Source: Candidatus Enterousia sp. (GTDB lineage: Bacteria > Pseudomonadota > Alphaproteobacteria > Rs-D84). Taken from it: a stretch of 64,000 nucleotides of DNA. Location: NCBI GenBank assembly GCA_045613315.1, contig JAZLAV010000018.1:33975-97974 (forward strand). The letters are read 5' to 3'. The stretch's first letter is position 1. Each line of letters opens with the position of its first letter. A program made the translations under genes and the position numbers. This document shows, piece after piece, positions 36,378 to 45,649 of this stretch. A model generated the notes under the pieces. It did not search any database. It was given only the letters and a program-made list of their open reading frames with translations, and was not told the DNA's origin.

Positions 36378-37552
36378 AATTTTAAACACGTACTTATAAT
36401 ATCAGACAAATTATGCTTATAATTTTGATAAGTATAATTTTGTCTGGTTTCGTCTTTGACCTTTTTTGATAAATTTCTTAAATCAGATTCCGACATTTCC
36501 AGCATTTTATTTATGCGTTTTTCTATTTCGGTTATGGATATCTTGTTAAACTCAAATCCGTATTTACTGATGTTTAATCCCGTACTTTGTGAACAAATTG
36601 GTATTAAACCGCCGTTTGCCATACACATTAAAGTCGCAACCGCGCCACCTTCGGATACAGACGGTGTAATTACGGCGACATTATTATCCATAATACGTTT
36701 AAAATCATCGGACTCAACATCAACAAATTCGTAATATGTTATATTTTTGTGTTTGCCGGTAAACACATCTTTATAATAATCATACAATATTTGTTCGCCC
36801 CTGCTAAAACCACATATTGTTAAATTCAATTCGGGGTGTTTTTTAAATAATTCGATTACTAAATCCAATCCTTTGTGCAAACCACCGGACGAACCAAAAA
36901 ACAGGAAGTTTGTTTTTATGTTTGTAAAATCTTTACTGTCAATATTAATATCATATGTGTCATAATAAAATGCATTTAAATTAAAAATACGATTTTTTAC
37001 GTTATGTGTGTTTTTAACAAAATCATTACCCAATACGATAATATTTTTAGCAAAATTATTTATTACTGAATTATCTTGGTCACAATAACGCGCAGAATCA
37101 GGACACCATTTGCCGGTCGCGTTGTAAAAATCTATAACTTTCTGTATGGTTACAATATTTGAAAAATCGATTGAGCAACCCGGACTGTAAAAAATAGTAT
37201 TTATTTTTGGGTTTGAACACGCTATACGAAAATTATGCCCAAAACCATAAATAACATCATAATTTTCTATTTCATCATGTGATAATAATGTGTCCCAATT
37301 TGCAACATCAACGGTATAACCCATTTCATTAAATATTTGCGCAGCAGTAAAACATTCCATAAAATTTGTATGTGCCCTTGAAAGTCCTTTTGTGAATGGT
37401 GTGGTTATATATGATACAAGAACCCGTTTTTTTCGGTGTTTTGCATTAAATACGTTATATAAAATATTTCGTCCGGCTTCGTGGTGTCGTATTGCCACGC
37501 GCCAACCATGGAAAGGAATTATTTTTAATAATAATTTTTTGTATAATTTCAT
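36374..37552 (-). CDS. glycosyltransferase family 1 (GT-B, GT4-like)
   Basis: 392 aa. The C-terminal ...NVAVITPSVSEGGAVATLMCMANGGLIPICS is an EX7E-type GT1 motif region. Very AT-rich. Confidence 0.6.
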   Translation of the reverse strand: MKLYKKLLLKIIPFHGWRVAIRHHEAGRNILYNVFNAKHRKKRVLVSYITTPFTKGLSRAHTNFMECFTAAQIFNEMGYTVDVANWDTLLSHDEIENYDVIYGFGHNFRIACSNPKINTIFYSPGCSIDFSNIVTIQKVIDFYNATGKWCPDSARYCDQDNSVINNFAKNIIVLGNDFVKNTHNVKNRIFNLNAFYYDTYDINIDSKDFTNIKTNFLFFGSSGGLHKGLDLVIELFKKHPELNLTICGFSRGEQILYDYYKDVFTGKHKNITYYEFVDVESDDFKRIMDNNVAVITPSVSEGGAVATLMCMANGGLIPICSQSTGLNISKYGFEFNKISITEIEKRINKMLEMSESDLRNLSKKVKDETRQNYTYQNYKHNLSDIISTCLKF

Positions 37553-38343
37553 TGTTTTTTACCTTGCTTGTTAAACAATATATGAAATCCGAAAATTGTG
37601 ATTACCTTTTTGTCAAAAAACATAAAATTGTTTATTGAAAATATTTTTTGTATCAAAGACAATTGGCTGTTAAAAGCATGATGAATTTGTTGTTTCGTAA
37701 ACATTTGACTTACAATGTATGATTTTTCTTTTTGCCAGCGATTTTCCCCGGATGCACCATTTACATCAAAATAACACGCCCTGAACGGTATATGTTTATA
37801 CGAACATTTGTGTATATGAATAAATTCAACCCATTTTTTCCAATCGCTTACTATTTTTAAATTTTCATCATACATACCGTATTTTTCAAATAAATCACGC
37901 TTTATCAGCGTTCCTTGATGTGGTAAAGTATCCAGAATCAAAAAATTTGTATCTATTGTATCCGGAACAGTACACTCTTTATCGTATTCTTTTATGTATC
38001 TGTGACCATAAATAATATCTGCATCCAATCCGGCAGATACAAATTTTTTTAACACGTTTTTATCATACAATGAATCACCGGCATTCATAAACAAAAGGTA
38101 ATCGCCACTGGCGCGTTTGATACCTTTGTTCATCGCGTTATAAATGCCGTTATCTTTTTCAGATACAAAATAGTCCATATGCGATTTATATTTTTCAAAT
38201 ATGTCCAATGTTTCTTGGTTTGAACCGCCATCGATAACAATCCATTCAAAATCTTGAAATGTTTGATTTATAATGCTTCGGCATGTTTGTTCTGTGTTTG
38301 GGGCATTATAACATATTGTTATGATGCTTATTTTTTTACTCAT
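37549..38343 (-). CDS. glycosyltransferase family 2 (GT-A)
   Basis: ISIITICYNAPNTEQTCRSIINQTFQDFEWIVIDGGS...FMNAGD (DxD). Overlaps the downstream GT by 4 nt. Confidence 0.7.
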   Translation of the reverse strand: MSKKISIITICYNAPNTEQTCRSIINQTFQDFEWIVIDGGSNQETLDIFEKYKSHMDYFVSEKDNGIYNAMNKGIKRASGDYLLFMNAGDSLYDKNVLKKFVSAGLDADIIYGHRYIKEYDKECTVPDTIDTNFLILDTLPHQGTLIKRDLFEKYGMYDENLKIVSDWKKWVEFIHIHKCSYKHIPFRACYFDVNGASGENRWQKEKSYIVSQMFTKQQIHHAFNSQLSLIQKIFSINNFMFFDKKVITIFGFHILFNKQGKKQ

Positions 38344-39211
38344 AATTTACGGCCCTTTTTAATTTGAAATATTTTATTGGGTGATGAAAAAGCATGTGTT
38401 TTGATAAAAACATCGGATTAAAAAATCGGGATTTGCGCACCACTTGCAGTAATTTTTTTCGCAAAACAGGATTGTCCGACAGAAAATTCAACATATATAA
38501 TTTGATTTTGGCTGTGCTTTCTTGTTGGATTTGTTTTTGCCGGATACTTACATTTTCGCCGTGCCAACGATATTTCAATAATATATCTGGTAAATTATGT
38601 ATTTGTGTAATTTGTATCATGCGGGCCCACAAATCATAATCTTCGGCATTGGTGTATTCCGCACGATACCGTAAATCGTGTTTGATAAATATTTCCCTGC
38701 GTATCATAGCACTTGGGTTTGCAATATTACACATATTCAACATATCGATATATGAAATATTTTGTTTCATATGTACATCTGTGTCAGAACATCCAAATTG
38801 ATGATACGATGTTCCCAAAACCCCACATTCGGGATGGGTGTTCATATAGGCGACCTGGGTGGCAAAACGTTTTGGTAATGAAACATCGTCACTGTCCATA
38901 AGCGCGATATATTCGCCAGAACATAAAGAAAGTCCCTGGTTAAGAACCACAATACGTCCATTGTTCGTGGGGTTGTTTATAAATTTGATTCTTTTATCTT
39001 GTTTTGCATATTGGGCAATAATGTTGGCGGTGTTGTCTGTGGAACCGTCATTTATGATGAAAAATTCAAAATCAGTAAATGTTTGTGATAAAATACTTTC
39101 AATCGCCTCGGCAATATATTTTTCAGAGTTATATGCGGTCATTAACACCGATACTCGCGGGGTGTGCGATGGCGTGGCCGTGGTGCGACCCGCGTTTTCT
39201 AATGATTTCAT
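38336..39211 (-). CDS. glycosyltransferase family 2 (GT-A)
   Basis: VSVLMTAYNSEKYIAEAIESILSQTFTDFEFFIINDGSTD...LMDSDD. Confidence 0.7.
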   Translation of the reverse strand: MKSLENAGRTTATPSHTPRVSVLMTAYNSEKYIAEAIESILSQTFTDFEFFIINDGSTDNTANIIAQYAKQDKRIKFINNPTNNGRIVVLNQGLSLCSGEYIALMDSDDVSLPKRFATQVAYMNTHPECGVLGTSYHQFGCSDTDVHMKQNISYIDMLNMCNIANPSAMIRREIFIKHDLRYRAEYTNAEDYDLWARMIQITQIHNLPDILLKYRWHGENVSIRQKQIQQESTAKIKLYMLNFLSDNPVLRKKLLQVVRKSRFFNPMFLSKHMLFHHPIKYFKLKRAVNYE

Positions 39212-39310
39212 TATTGTTTCCCTTTGCGTTTGAAGACAAAGACCACGGGATGTCCCACGGCAATGAAAACTATAACCAATATGCGCGGTAATGTCAAAGA
39301 ATAAAAATAA

Positions 39311-39339
39311 TTGAAAGTTGACACGGTTTTTGCTAACCT
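39311..39339 (+). promoter_or_regulatory. candidate promoter for olsB
   Basis: TTGAAA, 17-nt spacer, TAACCT. Confidence 0.3.
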
Positions 39340-39372
39340 GTGTCTGGTAAAACGAAAAAATAAGGATTTTTT

Positions 39373-40341
39373 ATGGCCATCAAGGTGCGCGATTTCGAAG
39401 TGCGTTTAACCCGAAATAAAGAAGAACGGCGAATGGTGCGCGCGTTGCGATATGATGTTTTCGTCGAAGAAGAGGGCGCGTCCGCAACCGAAGAACAACG
39501 CGCGTTGCGCGAAGAATATGATGCATTCGACCGGTTCGCAGATTATATGGCGGTGTTCCATAATGGTAAAATCGTCGGAACATACCGCATTATTGACCGC
39601 GATGCCGCGGAAAAAATGGGCGGTTTTTATACGGAATCTGAATATAACATTTCCAAAATTAAAAAGGTCGCCGGTAATATCGCCGAAATGTCGCGCGCGT
39701 GCGTCGATGTGAATTATCGCGAAAACGCACTGGTGATGCGAATGTTGTGGGCGGGGTTGGCGGAATATGTGATGCGACGGAAAATTGCGGTGCTGTTTGG
39801 GGTCGCGTCGTTCGTCGGAACCAAATCTGCAAAATCGGCCCAGGCGATTTCGTATCTTTATTACAATCATTTGACGCCACCACACCTGAGGGCGACAATC
39901 GCACTGGAAAAATTGGCGGACGATATTGACCCACGATTGACGCGGATGAATATTTTGCCGGCGGTATTTGTTGACCCTGACGAGGCACGTCGTCAAATGA
40001 CCCCGCTTATCAAGGGGTATTTAAGTTTGGGGGCCACGTTCGGCAAGGGCGTATTCATCGATCCTGTGTTTAATTCGTATGATGTTTTTGTGACTTTACA
40101 GACCAAGGACATAAATGCCGCGTATCAAAAACATTTCTTGGGGCGGGCCGACGCATTGGCTGATATGGATGTTGATGTGCGCGACGGCGCGATAAAAACA
40201 CTGGGGAAAATTGTATTAAGCCCGGTGACCGTGCCAATTAAATTGGTGCGAACATTCTTTGATTTTATGTTGCGCGAAGATGCCGCCGATGCTGAATTCG
40301 TCGAAGATGCAGAAAAAGAAAACGATGGGGACGCTGAATAA
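39373..40341 (+). CDS. olsB: ornithine-lipid N-acyltransferase OlsB (GNAT-related, 'putative hemolysin' family)
   Basis: 322 aa. An Acetyltransf_5-like N-terminal region (…LRYDVFVEE…GKIVGTYRII…) immediately followed by a PlsC-type acyltransferase gives the olsBA arrangement. Confidence 0.6.
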   Translation: MAIKVRDFEVRLTRNKEERRMVRALRYDVFVEEEGASATEEQRALREEYDAFDRFADYMAVFHNGKIVGTYRIIDRDAAEKMGGFYTESEYNISKIKKVAGNIAEMSRACVDVNYRENALVMRMLWAGLAEYVMRRKIAVLFGVASFVGTKSAKSAQAISYLYYNHLTPPHLRATIALEKLADDIDPRLTRMNILPAVFVDPDEARRQMTPLIKGYLSLGATFGKGVFIDPVFNSYDVFVTLQTKDINAAYQKHFLGRADALADMDVDVRDGAIKTLGKIVLSPVTVPIKLVRTFFDFMLREDAADAEFVEDAEKENDGDAE

Positions 40342-40343
40342 AA

Positions 40344-41171
40344 ATGGCAATGAAAAATCCTAACTTTTTTAGCAAGGTGTTGGCCGTTATTCGTATGGTA
40401 TTATTCTGGGGCGGTATTTTTATCCAGGTGCCAATCATATTTTTGCTGCCACGTGGACCGCGTTCGGTTGCGTATATGCGCGTGTATATGTGGTGGTTAA
40501 AGGTGACAACGGGGTTGCGCGTGCGGGTGCACGGAAATTTAACAACTGCGCGACCGTTGTTGGTCGTATCAAACCATATATCGTTTTTTGAAATCGCTAT
40601 GTTGTCATATGTATTCGGGGGCAGTTTTGTTGGTAAACGCGAGGTGGCGCGGTGGCCCATTGTTGGCCCAATCGCAAAAAAATTTGGTGTGGTATTTATC
40701 GACCGTAACCCCGCCACCGCAAACCAGGCATTACACGCGGTCAACGAACAATTATCAAAATTGACATACCCACTGTTCATTTTTGCCGAGGGTACAACCA
40801 CAAACGGTGCGTATGTAAAACCGTTCAAAAGCGCGATGTTCAGTATCGTTGAAAATTCGAACATAACGGTTCAACCCGTTGTGGTAAATTACCGCACTCG
40901 TCGGGGCGATGCGATAAGAGATGAAGATATTGCAAATCATTTGGCATATTTTTCAAATGCTAAAATGGATATGGGGCCGTTGGCCATGCGTGAACGCAGC
41001 GCGTTTGCACAACTTTTTCACGTGATGGCAATGGGTGGTTTTATGGTCGAAATTACAGTTTTGCCGGCACCAAACATTGCCGGTATGAATCGGAAACAAA
41101 TTGCGGAAGCACTGTATACAATGGTTTCAGATAAATATATGGAAATCAAAGATAAACCTGCAACAAAGTAA
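40344..41171 (+). CDS. olsA: lyso-ornithine lipid O-acyltransferase OlsA / 1-acyl-glycerol-3-phosphate acyltransferase family (PlsC-like)
   Basis: Acyltransferase motifs NHISFFE (NHxxxxD/E block) and FAEGTTTNG (FPEGTR block); N-terminal TM. Confidence 0.6.
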   Translation: MAMKNPNFFSKVLAVIRMVLFWGGIFIQVPIIFLLPRGPRSVAYMRVYMWWLKVTTGLRVRVHGNLTTARPLLVVSNHISFFEIAMLSYVFGGSFVGKREVARWPIVGPIAKKFGVVFIDRNPATANQALHAVNEQLSKLTYPLFIFAEGTTTNGAYVKPFKSAMFSIVENSNITVQPVVVNYRTRRGDAIRDEDIANHLAYFSNAKMDMGPLAMRERSAFAQLFHVMAMGGFMVEITVLPAPNIAGMNRKQIAEALYTMVSDKYMEIKDKPATK

Positions 41172-41182
41172 GAGAAAGTAAA

Positions 41183-42619
41183 ATGAAAACAGCAATTACA
41201 CCAACACGTGCCGAAGATTTTAGCGGATGGTATCAAAATTTAATCGTTGCCGCCGATTTGGCGGAAAATTCGCCTGTGCGCGGCTGTATGACGATAAAAC
41301 CATATGGTTGGGCAATATGGGAACTGATGCGCGACCAGATGGATAAACGGATTAAGGCAAATGGGGTGCAAAACGCGAATTTCCCGTTGTTGATACCGAT
41401 GGACTATTTTAACCGCGAAGCGGAACATGTCGCCGGATTCGCCAAAGAAGCCGCGGTCGTCACACATTATCGGTTGAAAAAAATAGACGGCAAATTACAG
41501 CCCGACTCCGAAGCCGAATTGACCGAACCATATGTGATTCGTCCAACGTCTGAAACCATTATCGGCGAAGCGATGTCTCGTTGGGTGCAATCGTATCGTG
41601 ATTTGCCAATGAAATTGAACCAGTGGGTAAATGTTATGCGGTGGGAAATGCGGCCACGCATGTTTTTGCGTACATCTGAATTTAATTGGCAAGAAGGCCA
41701 CAATGTCTTTGCTACACACGATGAAGCAAACGCCGACGCGCGTAAAATGCATGCGATGTATCGCGAATTTATGGAAAATGTTTTGGCAATACCGGTTATT
41801 ATGGGCGAAAAAACACCCGAAGAACGCTTCGCCGGTGCCGATCATACATATACAACCGAACAAATTATGCAGGATGGCAAGGCGCTTCAGGCTGGAACGT
41901 CGCATGACCTGGGACAGCATTTTGCCAAATCGTTCGGAATCCAATTCTTGGGAACCGATGGTAAATTACAATATGCGTGGACAAATTCGTGGGGAACATC
42001 GACGCGTATGATGGGTGGTTTATTTATGGTGCATTCCGATGACGATGGTTTGGTTTTACCACCGGCCGTTGCCCCGTACCAGGTTGTTGTTATTCCGATT
42101 ACGCGTGACGAAACCGCGGACGCATTAAATGCGTATGCGCATTCATTGGCGGACAAATTGCGTGGTGCCGGCGTTCGTGTTTGGGTTGACGATTCAGATA
42201 TGCGTGCCCCAGACAAAATGTGGAAATGGATTAAACGTGGTGTGCCATTGCGTGTCGAAATCGGTGGACGCGAAATGGAATCTGATTCCGTGACTGTGAC
42301 CCGTCGCGATATCGGCAAAGATTCCAAGAAAACTGTATCCTCGGCGGAAATGATTGCCGGTGTTAACGATATGTTGGCACAAATCCAATCTGATATGTTG
42401 GTGGCTGCACAAAAACGCAACGAAACAATGATTCATAATGTTGCTGATTTGGCGGAATTGGAATCTGCGCTGGAATCTGGGAAAATTGGTTTCTTTCGTA
42501 TCAAATATGATTTAACAACAAATGATAAATTTGAAGAAATGGTTGAAAAATACAAGATTTCCCGGCGTTGTCTTGATGACAACGACCCGACATATGTGTT
42601 CGTTGCAAAATCATATTAA
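41183..42619 (+). CDS. proS: prolyl-tRNA synthetase (archaeal/eukaryote-like short type)
   Basis: ...DFSGWYQNLIVAADLAENSPVRGCMTIKPYGWAIWE... together with class II motifs; 478 aa without the bacterial INS domain. Confidence 0.8.
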   Translation: MKTAITPTRAEDFSGWYQNLIVAADLAENSPVRGCMTIKPYGWAIWELMRDQMDKRIKANGVQNANFPLLIPMDYFNREAEHVAGFAKEAAVVTHYRLKKIDGKLQPDSEAELTEPYVIRPTSETIIGEAMSRWVQSYRDLPMKLNQWVNVMRWEMRPRMFLRTSEFNWQEGHNVFATHDEANADARKMHAMYREFMENVLAIPVIMGEKTPEERFAGADHTYTTEQIMQDGKALQAGTSHDLGQHFAKSFGIQFLGTDGKLQYAWTNSWGTSTRMMGGLFMVHSDDDGLVLPPAVAPYQVVVIPITRDETADALNAYAHSLADKLRGAGVRVWVDDSDMRAPDKMWKWIKRGVPLRVEIGGREMESDSVTVTRRDIGKDSKKTVSSAEMIAGVNDMLAQIQSDMLVAAQKRNETMIHNVADLAELESALESGKIGFFRIKYDLTTNDKFEEMVEKYKISRRCLDDNDPTYVFVAKSY

Positions 42620-42645
42620 AAAAATGGGGCGGATGCCCCTTTTTT

Positions 42646-42945
42646 TTATCGCGTGCGCAGCATTCGTACGTCGTCAAATTCGGGATACATTCCAAACATT
42701 GTGCGTGCCGTTGGACACAGTGGTAAAACATGCCGATGTTGTTCGCGGGCAATATCACATACGCACCGCACCAGGTTTAATTCCACATCACCACCGCGGT
42801 ATGCATCGTCGACTTCGGTATGGTCGATAATTACAGTGTTTGGCCCGGTGCGAACAAATGTTATTTTGCCGATAACATGTCCGCCGATGTATGCGAAAAA
42901 TCCGTTGCCGTTCGGAAAAGGTATATATTTGATTTCGTTTGCCAT
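42646..42945 (-). CDS. small GNAT-like N-acetyltransferase (about 100 aa, Acetyltransf_CG-like)
   Basis: MANEIKYIPFPNGNGFFAYIGGHVIGKITFVRTGPNTVIIDHTEVDDAYRGGDVELNLVRCV... The start was moved to the internal ATG. Confidence 0.4.
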   Translation of the reverse strand: MANEIKYIPFPNGNGFFAYIGGHVIGKITFVRTGPNTVIIDHTEVDDAYRGGDVELNLVRCVCDIAREQHRHVLPLCPTARTMFGMYPEFDDVRMLRTR

Positions 42946-43037
42946 AATCCCCCCCCATTTACGGCAAATCATAGCACTCGTTTTTCATAATATAAATATG
43001 ATTGTATGCAAATAAAACGGGGCGTTTGCCCCGTTGA

Positions 43038-43973
43038 TTATTTTCTAATTTTGTCGTAGTTTTTGCGAATGATATTGCCACTGTGACGCAGTGCGGCGGA
43101 TTCGGGCGCGGCCAATTTCGGCATAAGTGTTTTTGTCACCCCCATTACGCCCACCACACCTGGTAACGACATGGCGACGCGTTTTGCGCCGATGCCTGAA
43201 ACGGTGCTGACCGTCAAGATTCTGTTTTCGTCGTTTGCAATACAGCGAATCAAATCTGCAACCGCCCCAGCAATACCGTCCCATGTTGCGCCACGTCCGC
43301 GAATAATTTCATATGCGGCCGTGTGGACACGATGTTCGATTGTTGCGCGTGCATTGTTTGTCAATGGTGTTTTTGTCTGTTTGCAAAAATCGTTTAATTC
43401 AATTGCACCGATTGTTGCCGGTGTCCATGCAACAACAGAACTGTCGCCGTGTTCACCCAAAACATATGCATTTACCGATTGTGGTGATACCGCCAGTGCG
43501 CGCGACAATATCACACGCAGACGTGCCGAATCCAGCATTGTCCCCGTTCCAATCACGCGGGCAGGGGGCAATTTAGACAATTTTTGTGCCAACATAACCA
43601 TTACATCCAACGGGTTTGTGACGACGACCAATTTTACATTTTTGTTGTCCACATTTGCCATCACGCGTGGCACGATGTCGGAAATAACATCGGCGTTTTT
43701 CTGTAATAAATCCATACGTGTTTCGCCGGGTTTCTGATTTGCACCAGCGGCAATAATCACGATTTCAGAACCGCGTATTGCGCGATAGTTGTTTGCTGCG
43801 GTAATTTTAACATCGAATGAAAATGCGGCGGCGTGCCCCAAATCTTCGGCGGCGGCGCGTGCACGGACGGCATCGCGGTCATATAAAACTATTTCGTGTG
43901 CCAGACCCGTATTTTTAACCGCGGTGGCGACGGCCGATCCGACCGACCCAATACCAATAATTGCTATTTTCAT
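43038..43973 (-). CDS. ldh: L-lactate dehydrogenase (LDH/MDH superfamily; Gln at the substrate-specificity position)
   Basis: MKIAIIGIGSVGSA (Rossmann), AGANQKPGETRMDLL (Gln rather than Arg, favouring lactate), VIGTGTMLDSARLR, GEHGDS. The start was set at MKIAIIG, with coordinate uncertainty of plus or minus 1. Confidence 0.7.
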   Translation of the reverse strand: MKIAIIGIGSVGSAVATAVKNTGLAHEIVLYDRDAVRARAAAEDLGHAAAFSFDVKITAANNYRAIRGSEIVIIAAGANQKPGETRMDLLQKNADVISDIVPRVMANVDNKNVKLVVVTNPLDVMVMLAQKLSKLPPARVIGTGTMLDSARLRVILSRALAVSPQSVNAYVLGEHGDSSVVAWTPATIGAIELNDFCKQTKTPLTNNARATIEHRVHTAAYEIIRGRGATWDGIAGAVADLIRCIANDENRILTVSTVSGIGAKRVAMSLPGVVGVMGVTKTLMPKLAAPESAALRHSGNIIRKNYDKIRK

Positions 43974-44104
43974 TTTTAATTTCCCCCTGTTAAATAACAT
44001 TATATCACAAACGCAAAAAAAAGTTCGCATAATTTGTAAAAAGCACTTGCGACGAATAAAATATATTTTCTATAATCCAATTACAAAGCAAAGGAGAAAC
44101 ACAC

Positions 44105-44584
44105 ATGAAAACATTATCAACACTTTTTGCGGCATGCGGGATTGCATTTGCGGGTGCTGCGTCGGCTGCGAACATCACAATTTATTATTCCCCGACATGT
44201 CCACATTGTCATCACGCGCGTGAATTTATTTCCAGCACACTGATTTATGAATATCCAAATTTGACGGTCAGTGAAGTTAACGTTTTCGATGAATCGAACA
44301 ACAAAATGTTTTCGGATGCGTTAAAGAAATGTGAATATGAATCTGGTGGCGTGCCGGTGTTGGTTGTCGGCGAAAAATGTTTCCAGGGCTATGCCGATTT
44401 TATGCAGGGCGAATTACGCGAAGCGGTCGAGGCTGACTTAAGCGATGCAGATAAAGCAACCGCCGCCGAAAACAAAAAGGCATTAGAAGAAAACGCAGAA
44501 AAATTTAAATCAGAACACGCAGACAGGGCAAATGCCATTTCTGAATACAAGTCAGCATCAGACGATGCGGCAAAAAAAAAATAA
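44105..44584 (+). CDS. periplasmic thioredoxin-fold protein with CPHC active site (DsbA/glutaredoxin-like)
   Basis: Signal peptide MKTLSTLFAACGIAFAGAASA, then ...YYSPTCPHCHHAREF..., then an acidic low-complexity tail. The gene ends in GCA AAA AAA AAA TAA (an A10 tract). Confidence 0.6.
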   Translation: MKTLSTLFAACGIAFAGAASAANITIYYSPTCPHCHHAREFISSTLIYEYPNLTVSEVNVFDESNNKMFSDALKKCEYESGGVPVLVVGEKCFQGYADFMQGELREAVEADLSDADKATAAENKKALEENAEKFKSEHADRANAISEYKSASDDAAKKK

Positions 44585-44693
44585 CGGTGGTTCGACCATT
44601 TGGTTCTATGGATTACTGGTTGTTTTGGTCGCGGGACTTGGGTTCGTCTTGTTAAAAAAAGACAATAAAAAATAATGTTGGGTAAAACAAACA

Positions 44694-45467
44694 ATGTTTG
44701 ATTTAACGACACTGGATTATATATACATCATCGTGGTTTTGGTTTCGACCATTTGGGCGACAATGCGCGGTGGTGTATATGAAACCATTGCAACATTGTC
44801 ATGGGTGATTGCGGCGGTGACTGCACGGTTTGCGTCGCCCATTTTGGACGGTTGGTTACAGGATTGGTTCAAATTGTCTGAATCAACGGTTGGGACATTG
44901 GTTGCGTCGTATTTTGTTGTATTTTTTGTGATATTGATAACTGTCGGGTTCTTTAACCAAAAATTGCGCGACAAAATCCAGGACAGCATTATGAACCTTA
45001 CCGATAAAACACTGGGGGTGATTTTTGGTATTGTTCGTGGTGTTGTTGTAATGGGGGTCGTGTATTGGGGTGCGTTGTGGTATTATTCCGATGCACCACG
45101 TTTGCCGCGGTGGTTGGATATGTCGCGTATGCGTCCCGTTATGCACACGACGGCGGAATTGTTGGACAAATGGTTTATCCCGGGGACCGAAAACAGGTTG
45201 TTGGCACGCGATCGTGTCGGAATGGAAGAAAAGATGAAGATTTATAATAATCTTATCAACCCGGCCGTATCTGACCGTCCCGCAAACACCGCGTCGGGCG
45301 AACGTTCGGGTGCGGACGCACCAAAGAAGCCGGCCGAAGAACCGGCGGAAACTGGATATAAAACATCGGAACGCACTGCATTGGAAAATCAGTTAATGCA
45401 AATTGAATCCGCAGCCAAGGCGGCAGAGGCACGCGAGTCCGCCAATCAGGGCGACCAAAACGATTAG
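44694..45467 (+). CDS. cvpA: CvpA-family membrane protein (colicin V production protein homologue)
   Basis: DYIYIIVVLVSTIWATMRGGVYETIATLSWVIAAVTARFASP... matches the CvpA N-terminus; 4 TMs; and a C-terminal low-complexity extension. Confidence 0.7.
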   Translation: MFDLTTLDYIYIIVVLVSTIWATMRGGVYETIATLSWVIAAVTARFASPILDGWLQDWFKLSESTVGTLVASYFVVFFVILITVGFFNQKLRDKIQDSIMNLTDKTLGVIFGIVRGVVVMGVVYWGALWYYSDAPRLPRWLDMSRMRPVMHTTAELLDKWFIPGTENRLLARDRVGMEEKMKIYNNLINPAVSDRPANTASGERSGADAPKKPAEEPAETGYKTSERTALENQLMQIESAAKAAEARESANQGDQND

Positions 45468-45649
45468 TCGTTGGTTGCAAAGATAAATAAAAACCACCGT
45501 CCGTATGGGCGGTGATTTTTGTTGGGTATTGCGGAATGTGTATTATGATAAAAATATGCAAAACAATCGTTAGAAAAATTTTTGTAAAAAATCACGCAAG
45601 TGGGGCACAATCATTGCCGAGTTTTTGATGTGGTTTTTAATATTCAACA

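Noticed and set aside
44585-44693. Independent small ORF (MDYWLFWSRDLGSSC, or a GTG/TTG-initiated hydrophobic peptide) between the CPHC gene and cvpA
   Set aside because: No RBS or ATG for the hydrophobic frame. It is better explained as an out-of-frame C-terminal extension reached through the A10 tract (see the finding).
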